Source: an uncultured virus (IMG/VR IMGVR_UViG_3300012361_000002) (taxonomy: Duplodnaviria; Heunggongvirae; Uroviricota; Caudoviricetes). Taken from it: 64,000 bases of DNA. Positions within the stretch are counted from its first letter, which is position 1; each line of letters opens with the position of its first letter. The position numbers were made by a program, and so were the translations under genes. Shown piece after piece: positions 18,309 to 26,498 of the stretch. The notes beneath the pieces were generated by a model. That model was not told the origin of the DNA. It did not search any database and saw only the letters and a program-made list of their open reading frames with translations. The stretch lies in the IMG/VR virus record IMGVR_UViG_3300012361_000002; one strand, given 5' to 3'.

Positions 18309-18593
18309 TTAGGTCGATGCGACGTTGATTCTGAAGCCCGTCGACACTGCGAACGGTTCGCCAATCCCCATTGCTGGAAGATGAAAGGAGTTGGTCGCTG
18401 TTGGCGTCGTGGCGGTGCTCGTCGAGTTGAGGCAGATGAACGAACCAACATCAGAGTTCGCACGGATATACTTCGTTCCCGCCCCCGGGAACGGAGCCGT
18501 GCTAGCTGACGACAGCGAGTAGGAGACGATAGCCGCCTTTCCTGGCTGCCTCGGGTTGGCGTCGCTGACGTGCTCGCTGACGTAGACCGTCAT
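18309..18593 (-). CDS. Small Ser/Thr-rich putative virion protein
   Basis: 94 aa with five ST dipeptides. Confidence 0.65.
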   Translation of the reverse strand: MTVYVSEHVSDANPRQPGKAAIVSYSLSSASTAPFPGAGTKYIRANSDVGSFICLNSTSTATTPTATNSFHLPAMGIGEPFAVSTGFRINVAST

Positions 18594-18596
18594 CGG

Positions 18597-19493
18597 TCAC
18601 TCCGGGTGATCGCCGCTGTTGCCCTTCGTCCTGGGCACCAGGAGACCGCTGGGAAGCTTTTCAGCGTCCATGCCGGCAGGACCAAGGCCATCAGGAACAC
18701 GCACGGGCGCGGTCCGCACGGGCGCTGCGGTCGTACCTTTCATCTCCGCGGTGTTCATCTCGGCTGGAGCCGCGTCCAACTCTGCGTCATGCTCGCCGTC
18801 GACGAACGTGCGGCGCACATACTGGATGGCCTCCAGCGCGCCCTCGTAGTGTTTCACCAACTCGGAATGATGCCTGATCACCTCGCGATGGTTTGCCAAC
18901 GCCGCCTTAATCTCCAGCTCCCTCACGAAGAGCTTGCGTCCCATCCGCGTCGCTTCGGCGTAGCCGTACAGCGGCGGCGGGCTGGCGAGGCAGGACTCCA
19001 GCGGCACGGACACCTTGATCCCGCGCTCGTTGGCCAGCCACATCATGTTGAGGCAGCCAGACTTCTGCGCGCCGTAGGCCTCCTCCGTTGCCGCCATGTC
19101 GACGCCGTAGATGCCGATCTCCGTCGCCTTGAGATGCATGGCGTAGCCGATCATCCACGAGATCGACGACGTGAAGTTGTTGCGCCCGAAGGAGCCGAAC
19201 TCCCTCAGCAGCGCGTCGCGCGGGAAGACTTTCGCCTGCGGCAGCAGGGAGTTCGGCTCCTGCATGTACACGGGGAACGACTGCGTCTTCAGCCAGTCGA
19301 AGTATGGCCCGCGCCACTCATTGTTCTCGGGGCCATACATGTCGATGACGCCGTGGATCTCGAACCACCGCGTCACCCGCGGGATCACGCCGCCGCGGTT
19401 GCCGGGGGAGCACACCCAGATCTCCCACGTGTCGTCATCGAACGGGGCGAGCATCTTGGACGTGGGGACGGTTCCTAGTATCGCGACCTTCAC
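18597..19493 (-). CDS. Putative glycosyltransferase of Maf/GT29-like (sialyltransferase-type) fold
   Basis: GTG start: KVAILGT..S...WEIWVCS...FTSSISWMIGYA..LKATEIGIYGVDM. The Rossmann start plus EIGIYGVD strand is typical of this superfamily. Confidence 0.55.
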   Translation of the reverse strand: MKVAILGTVPTSKMLAPFDDDTWEIWVCSPGNRGGVIPRVTRWFEIHGVIDMYGPENNEWRGPYFDWLKTQSFPVYMQEPNSLLPQAKVFPRDALLREFGSFGRNNFTSSISWMIGYAMHLKATEIGIYGVDMAATEEAYGAQKSGCLNMMWLANERGIKVSVPLESCLASPPPLYGYAEATRMGRKLFVRELEIKAALANHREVIRHHSELVKHYEGALEAIQYVRRTFVDGEHDAELDAAPAEMNTAEMKGTTAAPVRTAPVRVPDGLGPAGMDAEKLPSGLLVPRTKGNSGDHPE

Positions 19494-19543
19494 TGGCGGT
19501 ATCCTTTCGATGGCTAAGTCGCGTTTCCTAGCACGAATTTCTC

Positions 19544-19981
19544 TTAGCTGCTCGCGCTCATGCCAGCCGTGCCGACGGTGCTCGGCCACACGCCCAAGTT
19601 GGCCCATTGTGCCGTCGAGATGCCGACCAAGACCATCGCTCCGGCAACGCCAGCCGTCGTGCTGACCTTCCAAAATGAGTTGACGCCGTCGAAGAACACG
19701 ACGCCCGTGCTGTTCGTCTTGATGGTCAATCCACCAATCGTTGACATGGTCGTGACAACAATCGTCTTCTCGATCCCAGGCTCGGGCGCGGCAAGGACCA
19801 GAAGCTGTGTCGCGCTGCTAGTTTTGACGATGCTGACTCCGTTGTTCGGCAAAGTGGAACCAGGCGTCACGCTGGCGTCCACTACACCGTAGATGTACTC
19901 GTTGACGCCGCCCTTGCCGATGAAGACGTTGTCGGCCTGGGCCTTGCCCTTGATGCGTTGGACGATGCCGCTGACACCCAT
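19544..19981 (-). CDS. Ser/Thr-rich putative virion (decoration-like) protein
   Basis: 145 aa with six ST dipeptides; GGAG SD. Confidence 0.7.
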   Translation of the reverse strand: MGVSGIVQRIKGKAQADNVFIGKGGVNEYIYGVVDASVTPGSTLPNNGVSIVKTSSATQLLVLAAPEPGIEKTIVVTTMSTIGGLTIKTNSTGVVFFDGVNSFWKVSTTAGVAGAMVLVGISTAQWANLGVWPSTVGTAGMSASS

Positions 19982-19994
19982 TGTCGGGTTCTCC

Positions 19995-20360
19995 TCAGTT
20001 CGACTTATCGTCGCCCTTGCCGTTCGCCGGCAGCGGCTTTCCCGCCAGTAGGTAGGCGGACTCCCTGTCGAGCGCCTGCTCGTTGAGCCTGCGGCCCTCG
20101 ACCACGTTGTAGCGGCCGAACCCGCAGTTCACGACGTGGCGCTCCTGCGGCTCCAATGAGTGCTGGACCTGCTGGGCGACCGCCTCCATCGGCCATATGG
20201 CCAGGTAGCCGCGGTCGATCAGCGAAGACCGGTTCGACGTGCGGATCGACCGCACCTCGTCGCCTGTGAGCACCGTACCGCGCGGCAGCGTCTTGTCGCC
20301 CATCCGGAACGGACGCTCGACCTTGCCGCCGCCGATGTGGGTGTGGTGGATGGGGATCAT
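19995..20360 (-). CDS. Hypothetical protein downstream of the major capsid protein
   Basis: 121 aa; phage-like codon usage. Confidence 0.65.
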   Translation of the reverse strand: MIPIHHTHIGGGKVERPFRMGDKTLPRGTVLTGDEVRSIRTSNRSSLIDRGYLAIWPMEAVAQQVQHSLEPQERHVVNCGFGRYNVVEGRRLNEQALDRESAYLLAGKPLPANGKGDDKSN

Positions 20361-20401
20361 GTCGATTTTCTCTACCTACTTGTTGGTCGCAATTATCGAC
20401 A

Positions 20402-21418
20402 TCAGACCGTCGTGATGGCTGACCAGAAGAACCCGAGGTCGGCCCCGACCACCTGCATGTCGAACGCCATCTCGGCCTCGTTGCGGATCGTCCCGAGCCC
20501 CAGCCAGTTCATCGGGATCTGCGACACGCGGATGCCAAGCGAGTTCAGGCCGGTGAACGCCTGCCAGCCGAAGGTGTAGCCGCTCGACGGGATCATCAGC
20601 CCGGGCTGGCCCGGCACATAGAGCAGCAGCGCGTTCTTGCCGGCGACGAACGCCATCGACGCGCTCAGGTTCTCGGCCGCGGTGTTGTAGACGGCCTTCG
20701 ACACCACGATGCGGTCGATCGCGAACGCCTGTGCGAGGAGCTGCGGCGTGATGGTCCCGGCGAACGCGGGGTTCGTGTACTTTATGCGGTCGATCACCAG
20801 CGGGTGCTTGCGCAGCGCCTGGTAGACGTTCCACGAGATCAGGAACACGTTCGGCAGGAAGCCGGTGTTCGTCAGGATCGTCGTCTGCCCGAACGCGATG
20901 TCGGTGAACGGGTCCGAGTTCGCGTCGTCGTCCCAGAACACGGGAGAGAACGTCCCGGGGGTGCCGAGCGCCGCGGTGGTGCCGGTGGCGTCACCGCCTC
21001 CCAGCGTGTTCCAGACGCCCGTGATCATGTACTTCGACATGAAGAATCTATCACGGCGTATCATCAATTTTTGCATCAACTGCCTAGTGCTCACTACGTC
21101 GATATCGATCGCCGGATCCTGGTTGGCGCGGACCTGCGGACCGACGTCCTGATGCAATGCCCAAACTTTGGCGCTGTAGGTCTGCGTCGTCAGGTTGACG
21201 CCGGTGCCCGCCGACTCCGACGCGTCGGCGCGGACCTGCGCCTCGTCGCGGAAAAAATCAGCCTTCGACCAGACGAAATACACATCCGTCTGGTGCTGGA
21301 CCGGCACCATCGGAAACACCTTGTCCGCAACGTAGTTGTCGTCGCTCTGGAAGTAGGCGACCGCGATTTGTGTCAGCGCCGCTGCCACATGAACATCGCC
21401 GAAGGTCGGCTGGGGTAT
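20402..21418 (-). CDS. Major capsid protein (probable ATA start)
   Basis: (M)PQPTFGDVHVAAALTQIAVAY...VADKVFPMVPV...YFVWSKADFFRDEA...ADLGFFWS; follows the scaffold and cement genes. Confidence 0.9.
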   Translation of the reverse strand: MPQPTFGDVHVAAALTQIAVAYFQSDDNYVADKVFPMVPVQHQTDVYFVWSKADFFRDEAQVRADASESAGTGVNLTTQTYSAKVWALHQDVGPQVRANQDPAIDIDVVSTRQLMQKLMIRRDRFFMSKYMITGVWNTLGGGDATGTTAALGTPGTFSPVFWDDDANSDPFTDIAFGQTTILTNTGFLPNVFLISWNVYQALRKHPLVIDRIKYTNPAFAGTITPQLLAQAFAIDRIVVSKAVYNTAAENLSASMAFVAGKNALLLYVPGQPGLMIPSSGYTFGWQAFTGLNSLGIRVSQIPMNWLGLGTIRNEAEMAFDMQVVGADLGFFWSAITTV

Positions 21419-21535
21419 GGCAACCTCCTATTTAGCTAGGAGAACAGCACGCTGGACGCGGCTTTCTCGTGTTGCGCTGTTGCCTACGTGAACATTCTGT
21501 GCGTAGGCTTTGGTGGACAGGACAGGAGAACAACC

Positions 21536-22144
21536 ATGCCAAGCCGGGTCAGAGTTGATCGCGAGCCTATTTTCAAAATGCTCGATGAGACTGAGGGGAA
21601 CATCCCTGAGACAGCGAGACGTCTCGGACTGCATGTGAACACCATTCGTCACATCAGTCGGGTGCGGAAAGGACTCTGCGCACGGTGTGAACGCCCATCT
21701 CAACCGGGACTGACCAAATGCAAGAATTGCGCGCAATGGGAACGCAAACGCATTGCCGACAGTCGAGCGCGCTCCCGCAAACTTGGCAAGTGCTCGATGT
21801 GCCCAAAGAAGTTGCGCAAGGGATCGACGCTGTACTGTGAGGAACACTACCAGCAAACGTTCAAACGCCAGCGAGTATTTCGCATCCTCGACAGACATGG
21901 ACCAGAGGCGCTTGAGTTCCTCAACGCGACAGAGGATCGATGCCAAGCTTGCGGCGTAACCCGCGCTGAAAAGCGCATCGATCTTCACCATATCGACGGG
22001 GATCATGGGAACGATCATCCCACGAATTTCGCCGTCATATGTGTCGACTGCCACTGGATTGCTCATCGTCTGCTTCTATCGCGCGACCGTAAGGCGCTGA
22101 TCTCCTGGTTCGAGAAAACATATCCTGCGCACGTTCTCCGTTAG
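21536..22144 (+). CDS. Free-standing HNH homing endonuclease (HTH + Zn fingers + HNH)
   Basis: CQACG...DLHHIDGDHGNDHPTNFAVICVDCH; antisense insertion between cement and capsid genes. Confidence 0.85.
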   Translation: MPSRVRVDREPIFKMLDETEGNIPETARRLGLHVNTIRHISRVRKGLCARCERPSQPGLTKCKNCAQWERKRIADSRARSRKLGKCSMCPKKLRKGSTLYCEEHYQQTFKRQRVFRILDRHGPEALEFLNATEDRCQACGVTRAEKRIDLHHIDGDHGNDHPTNFAVICVDCHWIAHRLLLSRDRKALISWFEKTYPAHVLR

Positions 22145-22731
22145 AAGCTCGACGCGATCTGAACGCCGCCCACGAAGGCGGTGAACACTGCACCGACGCT
22201 GAGCGCGTTCTCGATTGCGATGCCGACCGCTCTGCCATTACCGCTAGCCCACGGAACAACTGCGCCGGATGATGTGGATGATGCTTGCAGCAATGATCCG
22301 CCAGCGATTGCAGTGGATGCTGACACCACCTTCGTGAAGCCAAAGATACCGACGTCGACCGCATCACCAGCTCGTGGCTTGTTCTGACAGACGCCATACA
22401 CTGATTGGGCCGACGACAAATTGATCATCGTCGACGTGAACAGGGTGATGGTGCGACCGGTGCTGAGCGTGACTAGCAAAAATTGACCACTGCCGCTCGG
22501 TCCCGAGAGGGTCGTTCCTGTCAGCGTCGAGTTGCGGAAGTCCTGGCCAGTCGACAGAATAGTCTGCGACCCGTCGTGGATGAGCGGCGACTCCGTCGCC
22601 TGCTGCTGCTGCACCGGACGGCCCTTGGCGCGCTGGATGAACCCGCGGCGCTTGATGCCGAAACCGCCGTCCGCCCGGCGTTCCAGCTCCATGAAGGCGC
22701 GGCCCTGGCCGATCTCTTTCTCGAAGTACAT
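22141..22731 (-). CDS. Capsid cement/decoration protein
   Basis: YGVCQNKPRAGDAVDVGIFGFTKVV...AVGIAIENA..GAVFTAFV; directly upstream of the capsid gene. Confidence 0.75.
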   Translation of the reverse strand: MYFEKEIGQGRAFMELERRADGGFGIKRRGFIQRAKGRPVQQQQATESPLIHDGSQTILSTGQDFRNSTLTGTTLSGPSGSGQFLLVTLSTGRTITLFTSTMINLSSAQSVYGVCQNKPRAGDAVDVGIFGFTKVVSASTAIAGGSLLQASSTSSGAVVPWASGNGRAVGIAIENALSVGAVFTAFVGGVQIASSF

Positions 22732-22769
22732 GGCTACTGCTCCTCCGTGGAACGGATGTCGTGCCTGGC

Positions 22770-24185
22770 TCAGGCGGCGTGGGACCGGCCGTGGATCTTG
22801 GCCATGCGCGCGTCGGCCTCGGCCTGGCGCAGCTTGACGTTGGCCGGATCGTTGTAGGCCTTGTCGAACGCCTGGGCCTCGGTGAGGGACGGGTCCTTCT
22901 CGCGCAGCGCCTTGGCCATCGTGGTGATGGAGTCCATCGCGGTGGCACCTTCGCCCTCCGGCGAGCCTGTATGTCCGAGTTCATCGAACGCGCGGCTGGA
23001 CTTCTCGAACGCCTTCTTGGACTTCGCCAACTCGGCGACCATGCCCTCGTACTTCTTGATCGCGTCCTTGTCGCCGCGGCGCATCTTCATCAGCACCTCG
23101 CCGGCGTCGGTCTGGGTGAACCCGGAGTCCTTCGCGTCCTGCTTGGCGATCTTGAGGTCGCGCTCGTCGTCCATGGCGTCGAGGCGCTTCTTCAGATCTG
23201 CGTTCTCGGCCATCAAACCCTTGACGATCGGATCGTCGGACAGACGCTTTTTCGTCTTGTCCATCTCGCCGTCGCGCGCATCGGGCGACATGTCACGGAA
23301 CTTCTTCTTGTCCGCGTCCGACCCCAGGTTGTCGTGGTAGGTCTTCTGGGCGTCGCTCATCTTCGAGACGACGAGGTCGTCGAGGAGTTTGTTGATCTTC
23401 TCCTCGCTGGAAGCGGTGGCGGCGGCGACTGCCTTGGCGACCGCCTCATCCATCATTTTCTGAACCTGCGGGCTGAGAGCGGGAGTGGTCATGTCGTCGT
23501 CCCTCTTGCTGGTGTCGTCGTCGTCCGCGTCGTCCTCAAGGCCGAGGCTGGCGATGTGATCCTTGAACTGGTTGTAGCTGGTGGTGATCGACGGGACCTT
23601 GTCGGTGATAGCCTCGTCGCAAAGGATGGACTGTATCGAGCAATCGAGAGCGCACATCGCGTCGCGGACGGCGCACATGAGTTCCGACGCGTCCTCTGCC
23701 GTCTCCATGGCGTCTGCCATGTCGCTGAAGTCCTTCGCCGCCTTGCACACCCTGGCGAAGGCGTTGCGCTCGGCGATCAACTCCACGTCGGCTTTGGTGA
23801 GTTTCTTGCTCCAGGAGTCCGGCAGCATATCTGACGCGCCGAGCGCAGAAGCGCGCGCCTTGATGTGCGCCTTAGCCTTCGCCGGATTCTTCGCGCGGCC
23901 GATCGCCTGGATGGCGTTGCCGAGGTCTTCCTTGGTCTTGATCGGATAGGACCCATCAGGCAACGCGGCCCCACTGTCCGCGGCCGACTGACGCTCCTTG
24001 CCGCTGAACTCGCGCTTCAGATACTCCGCCACTTCCTCGGAAAGGTCCGCGATCTCGTCAGGCCCCATGGACTCGTACAACGAAGGCATGTTGCGCTTCG
24101 TGAGGACCACCTTGACGCCGCGGCCAGCGCCGACATCAACCGATGATACGTCATCGATTCGTAAATTTCTCAGAACGCGTGCCAT
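22770..24185 (-). CDS. Capsid assembly/scaffold protein
   Basis: LRIDDVSSVDVGA N-terminus; ALPDGSYPI...NAIQAIGR module; K/A/E/D-rich helices; C-term LTEAQAFDKAY. Confidence 0.75.
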   Translation of the reverse strand: MARVLRNLRIDDVSSVDVGAGRGVKVVLTKRNMPSLYESMGPDEIADLSEEVAEYLKREFSGKERQSAADSGAALPDGSYPIKTKEDLGNAIQAIGRAKNPAKAKAHIKARASALGASDMLPDSWSKKLTKADVELIAERNAFARVCKAAKDFSDMADAMETAEDASELMCAVRDAMCALDCSIQSILCDEAITDKVPSITTSYNQFKDHIASLGLEDDADDDDTSKRDDDMTTPALSPQVQKMMDEAVAKAVAAATASSEEKINKLLDDLVVSKMSDAQKTYHDNLGSDADKKKFRDMSPDARDGEMDKTKKRLSDDPIVKGLMAENADLKKRLDAMDDERDLKIAKQDAKDSGFTQTDAGEVLMKMRRGDKDAIKKYEGMVAELAKSKKAFEKSSRAFDELGHTGSPEGEGATAMDSITTMAKALREKDPSLTEAQAFDKAYNDPANVKLRQAEADARMAKIHGRSHAA

Positions 24186-24192
24186 TCATGGG

Positions 24193-24242
24193 ATTTATCA
24201 CTGGGCTGTTTCACTGTATATTCATGAGTGCGCGCGCAATAT
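24193..24242 (-). promoter_or_regulatory. Candidate late-promoter motif (GCGCGCA-CT-CATGAA-N23-TAAAT)
   Basis: Matches the motif at 395-442. Confidence 0.5.
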
Positions 24243-24259
24243 GAAGGGGAGTCAGCAGG

Positions 24260-25066
24260 TTGAAAGCATCAGGACCGCCATATGGACTTGTATACAAAAT
24301 CACGTGTCTGGTTTCAGGGAAAAGCTACATTGGAGTGACGATACGGAAGTTGAAAAGACGCTGGCAAGCGCACCTTCTGAGTGTCGGAAATGGGAAGGGT
24401 CATGCCATACACGCTGCGATCGCTAAGTACGGTAAAAACCAGTTCGTCATCGAAGAGGTCGCCTGTGCCATCGACAGGAACTCGCTCATGATCGCAGAAC
24501 GGGAAATTATCTCCCAAGAAAATACGATCTCTCCTAACGGTTACAATTTGACTGCCGGCGGTGAAGGAATGTTTGCACCAAGCGCTGAAACGAGACTCAA
24601 AAAGCGCAACGCTCTACTTGGGAAAAAGCAATCTTTAGAACTAATCGAGAAACGTATTGCTTCTCGACGAGGACAGCCAAGAGACCGCGCTGCTGTGGAA
24701 CAAAGTAGACTTAAGCAATTAGGAACAAAACGCAAAAGCTGGGGCAGACATACCCAGGAATCCATTCTTAAGATGAAAGAAAAATGCAAGGGTAGGAGAC
24801 CCAGTCCCGCAACAACTCAAGCCGCCATTGCTGCTCTTACAGGCAGGCCACAAAGCATCGATTCTAAAATCAAGCGAAGCGTGTCCCTGAAAGCTTTCTA
24901 CGCCAGCAATGAGGGAAAGGCGCTTGCTACACTAAGAGCATCACAAAACAAGGGTCGGGTCGTCTCTTCCGAGACTAGCCTGAAAATAAGCCGAGCACTG
25001 CGAGGGAAAGTTAAACGCATTCGTGGAAAGTGCTCAAGCAGTCCAGCCCAACTTTCTCTATGGTAA
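24260..25066 (+). CDS. GIY-YIG homing endonuclease with NUMOD3 repeats (Seg-like)
   Basis: GLVYKITCLVSGKSYIGVT..LKRRWQAH...NGYNLTAGGEG; basic NUMOD3-like repeats; low GC; antisense. Confidence 0.9.
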   Translation: MKASGPPYGLVYKITCLVSGKSYIGVTIRKLKRRWQAHLLSVGNGKGHAIHAAIAKYGKNQFVIEEVACAIDRNSLMIAEREIISQENTISPNGYNLTAGGEGMFAPSAETRLKKRNALLGKKQSLELIEKRIASRRGQPRDRAAVEQSRLKQLGTKRKSWGRHTQESILKMKEKCKGRRPSPATTQAAIAALTGRPQSIDSKIKRSVSLKAFYASNEGKALATLRASQNKGRVVSSETSLKISRALRGKVKRIRGKCSSSPAQLSLW

Positions 25067-25413
25067 ACGTCATGTCCCACGCGATGAAAGACTACCGGCA
25101 GCGCCGGGGGTACTCTGGAAGCAACGGGAGAATCCCTACCATATCGCTCAAGGTCGGCAGCATCATGCTTACGGAGCGGGACAAGAAGCACTGGGGCTGG
25201 GAGATCGCCAAGCGGGTCGGGACGTCGCCCACCTCGGTATCTCAGATATTCCGCAGCTTCGAGCGCCGGGGCTGGGTCCGGTGCCACCATGAGAAAGTTA
25301 ACGCCGCCACGGAATACAGGCCACCCAGGGTTCTATATGACCTCACCGCTGACGGCGTCGTCGCGATCCGCGACGCACTCATTCCGTTCCAGCATGCGCC
25401 GGTGTCAACTTAG
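25060..25413 (+). CDS. Winged-helix (PadR-like) DNA-binding protein
   Basis: WGWEIAKRVG....SVSQIFRSFERRGWV...RPPRVLYDLTADG. Confidence 0.7.
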   Translation: MVNVMSHAMKDYRQRRGYSGSNGRIPTISLKVGSIMLTERDKKHWGWEIAKRVGTSPTSVSQIFRSFERRGWVRCHHEKVNAATEYRPPRVLYDLTADGVVAIRDALIPFQHAPVST

Positions 25414-26118
25414 TCGGCGGCTCGCTGACGAGCGCTTGTCGAACCACAAGCCTACCGTGAGGTAGGCTTCCGAAGGTCCGCCCTTTCAACATAAACGCTG
25501 GTGACGTGGCCTTCGGGATTGATCGTAATCTCGATATCAACACCACCCGCGTGCATCTCTAGATGGAGGCCGCCATCAGAACAGGGAACAGGCGTCATAT
25601 TGTCGGCCGTATCGATGGCCGCTGACGTGATGGCCTTGCTTTTAGGCCCATGCCAGCCGTCGGCAAGGGCTTTGAGTTCTTCCAGGGTTGACATTGCACC
25701 TTCCTTTAGTCGGCGGCTCGCTGCAAAGCCTAGAACATGGGCCACCTTCCCAGCGACATTTGGCACGCTTCTCTGCCGATGGCGGAAGGCCAGCGCCATC
25801 ATCACAAGCGCAGCTCGGCACGCGTTCAAAGGGTAGATTGCATTCTTCCACGTATCACTTCTCTTTCAGTCAGCAGCTCGCTGCCCGAATCGTGCATGGG
25901 CGAGGCGTGTTAGATCATCCGGCAGCCATCTGTTCGGTCTGTTTGGTCCGGACCACACCGCACCGCTGGCGTTTGGCCCCCTATCGAAAGGGCGTTACGT
26001 GAGGCGCGCGCCGCCTCATGCCTCTCCACACCACTGCGCCCATACACGAAGTCTAGACTTCAGTCGGCGATGGCCACTCTCACCACGGCGGATGAGAGCA
26101 GTCCGCGAGCGAGCCGCC
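25410..26118. repeat. Dispersed 18-bp repeat T(T/C)AGTC(G/A)GC(G/A)GCTCGCTG in a hairpin-rich region
   Basis: Copies at 25410-25427 and 25706-25723 (identical), 25866-25883 (variant), partial 26060-26069, and an inverted core at 26108-26118. Confidence 0.75.
25452..25694 (-). CDS. Hypothetical protein
   Basis: MSTLEELKALADGW...; AAGGAAGG SD; flanked by the 18-bp repeats. Confidence 0.65.
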   Translation of the reverse strand: MSTLEELKALADGWHGPKSKAITSAAIDTADNMTPVPCSDGGLHLEMHAGGVDIEITINPEGHVTSVYVERADLRKPTSR

Positions 26119-26373
26119 TAGCTTTAGTTCCTCGCGGGCCGGGCGCTGATCCGGCTCGGCATGCCTGGGCGCCACCTTTCGGTCGCAACGCTTACAAACT
26201 CCGACGCTCTGTTAACGCTGCGTGGCTACACGCTTCCGCGAGAATAGCCACCGGCGTGCCGGAGGCTAAGAAAAACAGGCGACGATTTCAACACGCCGCC
26301 TGAAAGTCAATTGCTTCGATCTGGACGGACGCAGTGTCCGTACAGTACTGCCAGCTATAGCATTTGAGATGCC

Positions 26374-26411
26374 AAAATCAAATCGGGCCTCCAGTGTGGC
26401 GGGAGGCCCGA
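26374..26411 (-). terminator. Intrinsic terminator
   Basis: Minus strand TCGGGCCTCC-N9-GGAGGCCCGA followed by TTTGATTTT, after the protease gene. Confidence 0.7.
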
Positions 26412-26498
26412 CTTCGCTCTCTGAGAGGGGATCTCTGAGATGTTGCAATTCAGGGAGGAATTCCAACCTGGTCACGCTGTCACGTCCTTGCCATGAGG

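Noticed and set aside
21428..22066. 212-aa minus-strand ORF
   Set aside because: Antisense shadow of the HNH endonuclease, which has clear motifs.
21421..22144. Group I intron around the HNH gene explaining the missing capsid ATG
   Set aside because: The HNH gene is antisense and lies between two complete genes; no P/Q/R/S core is recognisable; SD plus ATA explains the start.
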